Positions 25,078 to 32,000 of a DNA stretch of 32,000 nt are shown here, piece by piece; position 1 is the stretch's first letter; every line of letters begins with the position of its first letter. The translations under genes and the position numbers were made by a program. The notes beneath the pieces were generated by a model. The model saw only the letters and a list, made by a program, of their open reading frames with translations. It searched no databases and was not told where the DNA came from. This DNA is from Akkermansia muciniphila ATCC BAA-835 (GTDB lineage: Bacteria; Verrucomicrobiota; Verrucomicrobiia; Verrucomicrobiales; Akkermansiaceae): contig NC_010655.1 of the NCBI RefSeq assembly GCF_000020225.1, positions 2,160,001 to 2,192,000 of the forward strand, given 5' to 3'.

Positions 25078-26279
25078 AGTACGATTTTGATACTGTTGTT
25101 CCGCGCCGCGGCACGAATTCCTACAAGTGGGATTCCATGCCCCGGGAGGATATTCTGCCCATGTGGGTGGCAGACATGGATTTCCGTACGGCTCCGGCGG
25201 TGACGGACGCCATCCGGAAGAGGGCCGAGCACGGCATTTTCGGTTATACACGGGTTCCGGATTCCTATTATGAGGCGGTTACAAACTGGTTTGAACGCCG
25301 CCACGGCTGGAAGATTAATCCGGAATGGATGATTTATACCACGGGGGTGGTTCCCGCGCTGTCTGCCGTCATACGGGCCCTGACGGTCCCTGGGGACAAG
25401 GTGCTGGTCCAGACGCCTGTATATAATTGCTTTTTTTCCTCCATCCGCAATAACGGATGCGTGGCGGAAACCTGCCCTCTGAAATATGAGAACGGCAGAT
25501 ATGCGCTGGATGCGGAGGAGCTGGAACGGAAAGCCTCCGATCCCGCCGTCAAGCTGATGCTCCTGTGCAATCCCCATAATCCAGCCGGGCGCGTCTGGAC
25601 GAGGGAAGAATTGGAGGAGATGGCCGCCATTTGCCGGAGAAACGGCGTTTTCATAGTGGCTGACGAGATTCATTGCGAACTGACGTATCCGGGCCATCCC
25701 TATACGCCGTTCGCCTCCCTCTCCGAGGACGCCCTGCACCATTCCGTCACCTGTATTTCCCCCAGCAAGGCGTTTAATCTGGCGGGCATTCAGATAGCCA
25801 ATATCGTCGCGGCGGATGAAGAAGTCCGGAAGAGGATTGACAAGGCTATCAACATCAATGAGGTGTGTGACGTCAATTCTTTTGCCGTAGATGCCCTGGA
25901 AGCGGCTTATAACGGAGGGGAGGACTGGTTGGAGGAACTGAAGCTCTACCTTTACGGGAATTACGAGATTGTCCGGGATATGCTGGCAGAACGTCTGCCG
26001 CAGCTCCGTGTGGTGCCGCTGGAGGGAACGTACCTGGTCTGGATAGATTGTTCCGCTCTGGGGCTTCCCTCCGCAGAGATTGTCCGCCTGCTGGAAGAGG
26101 AGGGTCGGGTGCTCGTCAACGGCGGGGAAATGTACGGGGAAACGGCGGGGTGCTTCATTCGCCTGAACGTCGCCTGTCCCAGGAAGCTGCTGCTTGAGGG
26201 GCTGGAAAGAATCATCCGCACGCTGTGCGGCCGCATTTCCGGAACACGGACGTGCCCGTCGGGCCCTGCAGGCTCTTAA
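25074..26279 (+). CDS. PLP-dependent C-S lyase / aminotransferase of the MalY/PatB family
   Basis: The N-terminus YDFDTVVPRRGTNSYKWD is diagnostic for this family. Other matches are LLCNPHNPAGRVW and the PLP-lysine motif SPSKAFNLAGIQ. Confidence 0.88.
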   Translation: MKYDFDTVVPRRGTNSYKWDSMPREDILPMWVADMDFRTAPAVTDAIRKRAEHGIFGYTRVPDSYYEAVTNWFERRHGWKINPEWMIYTTGVVPALSAVIRALTVPGDKVLVQTPVYNCFFSSIRNNGCVAETCPLKYENGRYALDAEELERKASDPAVKLMLLCNPHNPAGRVWTREELEEMAAICRRNGVFIVADEIHCELTYPGHPYTPFASLSEDALHHSVTCISPSKAFNLAGIQIANIVAADEEVRKRIDKAININEVCDVNSFAVDALEAAYNGGEDWLEELKLYLYGNYEIVRDMLAERLPQLRVVPLEGTYLVWIDCSALGLPSAEIVRLLEEEGRVLVNGGEMYGETAGCFIRLNVACPRKLLLEGLERIIRTLCGRISGTRTCPSGPAGS

Positions 26280-26318
26280 CAGGGAGAACAGTTATTAATC
26301 ATCAACAATCAAGTTGCC

Positions 26319-27326
26319 ATGGAAAATAAGATGACGAGAAGAACATGGCTCCAGTCTTCCACCGCAGCCCTGGCATGCCTGGCTTTGCCGGAGTATGCCC
26401 TGGGCGCGGTTGCGGAGAAGGGTGGAGCTTCCAGGGTCTGGATGACGAAGGAAATTTCTCCGGAGGCTCTCGTGAGGATTTACGAGGCTCTGGGGCGTCC
26501 GGCCGGGGGAAAGGTAGCTGTCAAGATCAGCACCGGGGAACCGGGAGGCCGCAATTTTCTGAGTCCGGCCTTAATCAAAGACCTGGTGCGCCGGGTGAAC
26601 GGCACCATTGTGGAATGCAATACGGCTTACGGAGGCAAACGCTCCCGGACGGAGGACCATTTGCAGGCTGCGAAGGATCACGGTTTTTCCGATATTGCGC
26701 GGGTGGACATCATGGATGCGGAAGGGGAGTTCACTATCCCGGTGAGGGACAGGAAGCACCTGGAATACGATATCGTGGGGGATCATTTAAAGAATTATGA
26801 TTTCATGGTCAATCTGGCCCATTTCAAAGGGCATGCCATGGGCGGCTTCGGCGGTGTGATCAAGAACCAGTCCATCGGTGTTGCCTCGGCAGCCGGGAAG
26901 GCGTACATCCATTCCGCCGGAAAGACGCGGGATGTTTCCTCCGTGTGGAACAATCTGGCCAGTCAGGATGATTTCCTTGAGTCCATGGCGGCTTCCGCGC
27001 AGGCGGTGGCGGATTACTTCGGGGACAGAATTTTGTACATCAATGTGATGAATAATCTGTCCATTGACTGTGATTGCGATTCCCACCCCCATGCGCCGGA
27101 AATGAAGGACATCGGTATTCTGGCCTCCCTTGATCCGGTTGCTCTTGACCAGGCCTGCCTGGATCTCGTTTACGCCGTCAGGCCGTCCGAAGGGAATGAC
27201 AACAGGCCCCTGGTGGCGCGTATTGAAAGCCGCCATGGACGGCATACGGTAGAGTATGCCGAGAAGATAGGTCTTGGCAGCAGGAAGTATGAACTGAAAG
27301 AGCTGAAACCGCAGCAGGCCGTTTAG
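26319..27326 (+). CDS. DUF362 domain protein with a twin-arginine signal
   Basis: The Tat motif is MTRRTWLQSSTAALACLALPEYALG. The DUF362-type core contains the SIDCDCDSHPH cysteine/histidine cluster. Confidence 0.78.
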   Translation: MENKMTRRTWLQSSTAALACLALPEYALGAVAEKGGASRVWMTKEISPEALVRIYEALGRPAGGKVAVKISTGEPGGRNFLSPALIKDLVRRVNGTIVECNTAYGGKRSRTEDHLQAAKDHGFSDIARVDIMDAEGEFTIPVRDRKHLEYDIVGDHLKNYDFMVNLAHFKGHAMGGFGGVIKNQSIGVASAAGKAYIHSAGKTRDVSSVWNNLASQDDFLESMAASAQAVADYFGDRILYINVMNNLSIDCDCDSHPHAPEMKDIGILASLDPVALDQACLDLVYAVRPSEGNDNRPLVARIESRHGRHTVEYAEKIGLGSRKYELKELKPQQAV

Positions 27327-27371
27327 TCGGTCATTTCCTTTTTAGTATCAAAAACAATAGAAAAAACTGTG

Positions 27372-28220
27372 ATGGAAAAAGTGATGTTGAACAATGGCGT
27401 TACGATGCCTGTCCTGGGATTTGGCGTTTTTCAGATTCCGGACGCTAAGGAGTGCGAACGCTGCGTGCTGGATGCGATTGAGGTCGGCTACCGTTCTATT
27501 GATACCGCGCAGATTTACGGCAATGAGGAAGCCGTAGGCCGCGCAGCGGAGAAGAGCGGGGTTCCGCGGGAAGAGTTGTTCCTTACCACGAAGGTGTGGA
27601 TTTCCAACGGCGGGTATGAGAAGGCGAAGGCGTCCATTGACGAATCCCTGCGCAGGCTGCGCACGGATTATCTGGATCTGCTGCTCATCCACCAGCCTTT
27701 CAACGATTACTACGGCACTTACCGGGCCATGGAAGAAGCGAACCGGGCCGGAAAGGTACGCGCCATTGGCGTGAGCAATTTTTATCCGGACCGTTTTGTG
27801 GACCTGGCGGAGTTCTGCGAGATCAGACCCGCCGTCAACCAGGTGGAAACGCATGTGTTCCACCAGCAGGAAAAAGTCCGGGAGGTGATGGAAAAGTACG
27901 GTACCAGAATGGAATCCTGGGGGCCTTTTGCGGAAGGTCGCAATGGGTTTTTCTCCAACCCCGTGTTGAAGGGCATTGGAGAGAAATACGGCAAGACCCC
28001 GGCGCAAACAGCCCTGAGGTTCCTGATTCAGCGTGGAATTATCGCCATTCCGAAGACGACCCACCGGGAAAGGATGGAGGAGAATTTCAACGTCTTTGAT
28101 TTTGCCCTTTCCCAGGAGGATATGGGCGCTATTGCCAGGCTGGACCGCGGAGAGAGCCTTTTCCTGTGCCACCGGGATCCGGAATCGGTCCTGTACCTGA
28201 TCAATTACGGGAAGCAGTAA
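27372..28220 (+). CDS. aldo/keto reductase (DkgA/YvgN-like, about 280 aa class)
   Basis: The tracked 27369 start is GTG; ATG is at 27372. Motifs present are [51 protein letters not shown] and [14 protein letters not shown]. Confidence 0.88.
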   Translation: MEKVMLNNGVTMPVLGFGVFQIPDAKECERCVLDAIEVGYRSIDTAQIYGNEEAVGRAAEKSGVPREELFLTTKVWISNGGYEKAKASIDESLRRLRTDYLDLLLIHQPFNDYYGTYRAMEEANRAGKVRAIGVSNFYPDRFVDLAEFCEIRPAVNQVETHVFHQQEKVREVMEKYGTRMESWGPFAEGRNGFFSNPVLKGIGEKYGKTPAQTALRFLIQRGIIAIPKTTHRERMEENFNVFDFALSQEDMGAIARLDRGESLFLCHRDPESVLYLINYGKQ

Positions 28221-28241
28221 TTCGCATGAAGTTCCAGAAAG

Positions 28242-29321
28242 ATGACACGATACTCATTTAAAATATTTTGCGTGGCTTTTTCCGCCTGCTTTTGCTGTGC
28301 GGGGAGCCTGTTGGCAGAAGATAATAACCCCCATACGGACAAGATGATGAACGAGAAGCTGAATTTAACGCAGGAATGGGACAAAGTGTTTCCTAAAAGC
28401 GACAAGGTAACCCACCGCAAGGTAAGTTTCCGCAACCGTTATGGCATTATGCTGGCTGCGGATTTGTATATGCCCCGGAATGTTAACGGGAAATTGCCGG
28501 CTATTGCCGTTTCCGGCCCTTTCGGGGCTGTAAAGGAACAATCTGCGGGCCTTTATGCCCAGACGATGGCCGAACGAGGTTTTCTGACGATCGCGTTTGA
28601 TCCCTCGTATACGGGAGAAAGCGGAGGATTTCCCCGCTATGTCGCGTCTCCGGATATCAATACGGAGGATTTCTGCGCCGCCGTCGATTACCTTTCCACC
28701 CGAGATGACGTGGATTCGGAACGTATTGGAATCATTGGCATTTGCGGCTGGGGCGGCATGGCGGTCAATGCGGCGGCTATCGACACCCGCATCAAGGCAA
28801 CGGTAACCTCCACGATGTACGATATGAGCCGCGTGAACGCGAACGGCTATTTCGACGCGATGGATGCCGACGCCCGTTATGAGCTTCGCAAACAACTGAA
28901 TGCCCAGCGGACGGCTGATGCGAAGAGCGGTTCTTATGCCCTCGCGGGGGGCGTGCCTGATCCTCTGCCTGCGGATGCCCCCGGATTTGTGAAGGATTAT
29001 TACGATTATTATAAGACGCCCCGCGGCTATCACAGGCGTTCGCTCAATTCAAATGGCGGATGGAATGTCACTTCGGCGCTTTCCTTCATCAATATGCCCC
29101 TGCTGGCGTACAGCGGTGAAATCCGCAGCGCCGTGCTCATGATTCACGGGGAAAAAGCCCATTCGCGCTATTTCAGCGAAGACGCCTTCAGGAAGTTGAA
29201 GGGGGACAATAAGGAGCTGATGATTATTCCCGGTGCAAGCCATGTGGATCTTTATGACAATCAAGCCGGTGTCATTCCTTTCGACAGAATCGGACAGTTC
29301 TTTCTGGAGCATCTGAAATAA
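28242..29321 (+). CDS. secreted alpha/beta hydrolase (dienelactone-hydrolase/YcjY-like) with a Cys in the nucleophile elbow
   Basis: The signal peptide is MTRYSFKIFCVAFSACFCCAGSLLA. The elbow reads IGIIGICGWGG (G-x-C-x-G) and the C-terminal His motif is PGASHVDLY. Confidence 0.78.
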   Translation: MTRYSFKIFCVAFSACFCCAGSLLAEDNNPHTDKMMNEKLNLTQEWDKVFPKSDKVTHRKVSFRNRYGIMLAADLYMPRNVNGKLPAIAVSGPFGAVKEQSAGLYAQTMAERGFLTIAFDPSYTGESGGFPRYVASPDINTEDFCAAVDYLSTRDDVDSERIGIIGICGWGGMAVNAAAIDTRIKATVTSTMYDMSRVNANGYFDAMDADARYELRKQLNAQRTADAKSGSYALAGGVPDPLPADAPGFVKDYYDYYKTPRGYHRRSLNSNGGWNVTSALSFINMPLLAYSGEIRSAVLMIHGEKAHSRYFSEDAFRKLKGDNKELMIIPGASHVDLYDNQAGVIPFDRIGQFFLEHLK

Positions 29322-30482
<1,161 letters not shown>

Positions 30483-30572
30483 TTTTGCCGGCGCGTTTCC
30501 TTCCGCTCCGGAAAAATGCCGCGGGACTGTTTGCGGCGGAAGGATGTTAAGCTATTTTTAAGAAAGAGACAT

Positions 30573-31709
30573 ATGATTCTGATTTTCGGAGCATTGCTGG
30601 CGGTTTACGTTTTTTGCCGCGCTATTTTGCCGCTGAAGCTGAAATGGGGCTGGAAGCTTCTGCTTGCCGCCCTGCTGGCGGTGGCGGCATTCAAATTCCA
30701 CTTGCTGCATTTGTTTGGAGGCCCCATGTTTTTCTCCCCGGTTTTGCCGGAAAACGTTCTGCTGGCGGCCGCGTGGCTGTTCTCCGTTCTTTTCCTGTTC
30801 TTTTTCCTGCTGCTGGCGGCAGATGTGGTGCGGGCTCTGTATCTGCTGGTTTTGTTCTGCTTGCGGAGGAACAGGACGGAAAGGTTCCGCATCATTGGCA
30901 ACCGGGTGAATGTTGCTTTGCTGGTTTTTTCCGCCGTGCTGGCAACTGTGGGCATGATTGGAGGCACCAGAGTGCCCCAGGTGAAGGAGGAAACGGTTGC
31001 CGTGAACCGCCTGCCGGAGGAGGCGGACGGATTGACGGTCGCCGTGCTGGCGGATCTGCATGTGGACGGCATTACAAGGGAGGAGCGCATTCGGAAGATT
31101 GTGGAGCGCACGAACGCCCTGAATCCGGACATCGTCGTGATTGCCGGAGATTTCGTGGACGGGACGGTGCCCGTGCATGGCGGCGATTTGAGGCCGCTTG
31201 CGGATTTGAAGGCCAGATACGGGGTGTTCGGCGTGCCGGGCAATCATGAGTATTACTCCGGTTATGAGGAGTGGATGGAGTTCCTGCCCAATCTGGGCAT
31301 TCGTATGCTTCTTAATGAACACGCGCCGGTGGGAGGGGAGGCCGTGGTATTGGCCGGTGTGACGGATCCTGTGGCCGGCATCATGGGGAAGGAGGAGCCG
31401 GATATAAGCAAGGCGTTGAAGGATGCCCCGGAAAAGGGAGTGCGCATCCTTGTTTCCCACCAGCCGCAGCTGGCCCGGGAAGCGGCTGCGCACGGCGTGG
31501 ATCTTCAAGTGTCCGGCCATACGCACGGAGGCATGATTGCCGGCGTGGACCGGCTGGTGGCGCGTTTTAACGAGGGATTCGTCTCCGGGCTGTACACGGT
31601 GGGTAATATGAAGCTGTACGTTTCCAATGGGGCGGGGATTTGGAACGGCTTTCCCATCCGCATCGGCGTTCCATCGGAAATTGTTCTGATTCGGCTTCGG
31701 AAAGAATAA
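30573..31709 (+). CDS. membrane-anchored metallophosphoesterase (YkuE/YaeI-like)
   Basis: ATG at 30573 is preceded by AGAAAGAGA; an alternative ATG is at 30516. About four N-terminal TM helices are followed by calcineurin-like motifs: LADLHVDG, GDFVDG, GNHEY, SHQP and GHTHGG. Confidence 0.85.
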   Translation: MILIFGALLAVYVFCRAILPLKLKWGWKLLLAALLAVAAFKFHLLHLFGGPMFFSPVLPENVLLAAAWLFSVLFLFFFLLLAADVVRALYLLVLFCLRRNRTERFRIIGNRVNVALLVFSAVLATVGMIGGTRVPQVKEETVAVNRLPEEADGLTVAVLADLHVDGITREERIRKIVERTNALNPDIVVIAGDFVDGTVPVHGGDLRPLADLKARYGVFGVPGNHEYYSGYEEWMEFLPNLGIRMLLNEHAPVGGEAVVLAGVTDPVAGIMGKEEPDISKALKDAPEKGVRILVSHQPQLAREAAAHGVDLQVSGHTHGGMIAGVDRLVARFNEGFVSGLYTVGNMKLYVSNGAGIWNGFPIRIGVPSEIVLIRLRKE

Positions 31710-31781
31710 CATCATATATTGATAAAGCAATTTAGGAAGTGATGCGGGCAGGATTGCCGGAATTGTTGAAAAAATATTGAC

Positions 31782-31796
31782 TTATAGTTACTCTAA
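31782..31796. promoter_or_regulatory. second copy of the TTATAGT-T-ACT(C)TAA palindrome
   Basis: TTGACTTATAGTTACTCTAATG matches 18 of 22 positions of 24051-24072. It lies about 100 nt upstream of the ATG at 31899. Confidence 0.3.
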
Positions 31797-31898
31797 TGTT
31801 TAGACAGAAATAAGGAACAAGGTCAGGCAAGGGAAATGCCGGATGAAACCGTTTTTTCCGGACGCCTTTTGCCTCTCCTTTTAACCGGATAAAAATAC

Positions 31899-32000
31899 AT
31901 GAAAACAATATCAATGATATGCACGCTGGCCGCGGCCCTGATGACAGGAGCCGGATGTTTGGGACAGGAACAACCCAAGGTTTCCGCGGAACCTTCCAGG
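31899..32000 (+). CDS. putative lipoprotein, N-terminal fragment (continues past the window)
   Basis: MKTISMICTLAAALMTGAGCLGQEQPKVSAEPSR has a signal peptide with a lipobox-like MTGAG|C. The frame is open to the window end. Confidence 0.45.
   Translation, partial: MKTISMICTLAAALMTGAGCLGQEQPKVSAEPSR

Noticed and set aside
24040-25742. Long minus-strand ORFs (24040-25251, 403 aa; 24843-25742, 299 aa). Similar antisense ORFs lie at 13415-14299, 17006-17914, 21959-22900 (+), 27348-28172, 28365-29033, 29406-30443 and 30558-31730.
   Set aside because: Each lies opposite a gene with clear family motifs. Their translations are His/Arg/Gly/Pro-rich with no recognisable motifs or signal/TM logic, so they are shadow ORFs.

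Overview
This looks like a chromosomal segment from a moderately GC-rich bacterium. Gene content and signal-peptide style suggest Verrucomicrobiota, possibly Akkermansia-like; that is an impression, not a search result.

Layout:
- 1-1637: the 3' end of glyQS with a clean terminator, then an aldo/keto reductase.
- 1994-13147: eleven co-directional minus-strand genes. These are two tail-anchored coiled-coil proteins, gatC, gatA, then a complete Bat-type aerotolerance-like module. The module runs MoxR AAA+ ATPase, DUF58, DUF4381-like, BatA-like VWA, a BatB+BatC-like fusion and a BatD+BatE-like fusion.
- 13448-17908: a divergent plus-strand four-gene envelope module. It encodes a 2-TM protein, a TM-anchored TPR protein, a pseudokinase-TM-FGE/SUMF1-like protein and a secreted beta-sandwich protein.
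- 18009-19933: a convergent minus-strand trio. It encodes a 43-aa membrane peptide, an intact trypsin-like protease, and a translationally coupled paralog that has lost the catalytic Ser and carries an inserted PDZ domain.
- 20121-20195: tRNA-Gly(GCC).
- 20400-24204: an accessory-looking stretch. It holds an acyltransferase-3 protein, an HTH/S24 self-cleaving repressor-like protein with palindromic operators facing a small membrane ORF, and about 1 kb with no convincing gene.
- 24205-31709: a plus-strand seven-gene redox/hydrolase cluster. It encodes a DUF3737 beta-helix protein, a PatB/MalY C-S lyase, a Tat-signal DUF362 protein, an AKR, a Cys-elbow alpha/beta hydrolase, an AKR with a Tat-like signal and a membrane metallophosphoesterase.
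- 31899-32000: the start of a putative lipoprotein.

No CRISPR array, transposase, integrase or rRNA was seen.

Most notable observations:
- A perfect 12-bp x 24 in-frame tandem repeat, (QNKD)n, inside the BatB/C-like gene.
- The fused Bat architecture.
- The protease/pseudoprotease-PDZ pair.
- The pseudokinase-FGE module.
- The tri-domain S24 repressor with its operators.
- A 15-bp palindrome found both upstream and downstream of the redox cluster.

Several starts in the ORF track are GTG/TTG or upstream extensions. I trimmed them where an ATG with a purine-rich upstream stretch or a signal peptide fits better. All family assignments come from motif recognition by eye.
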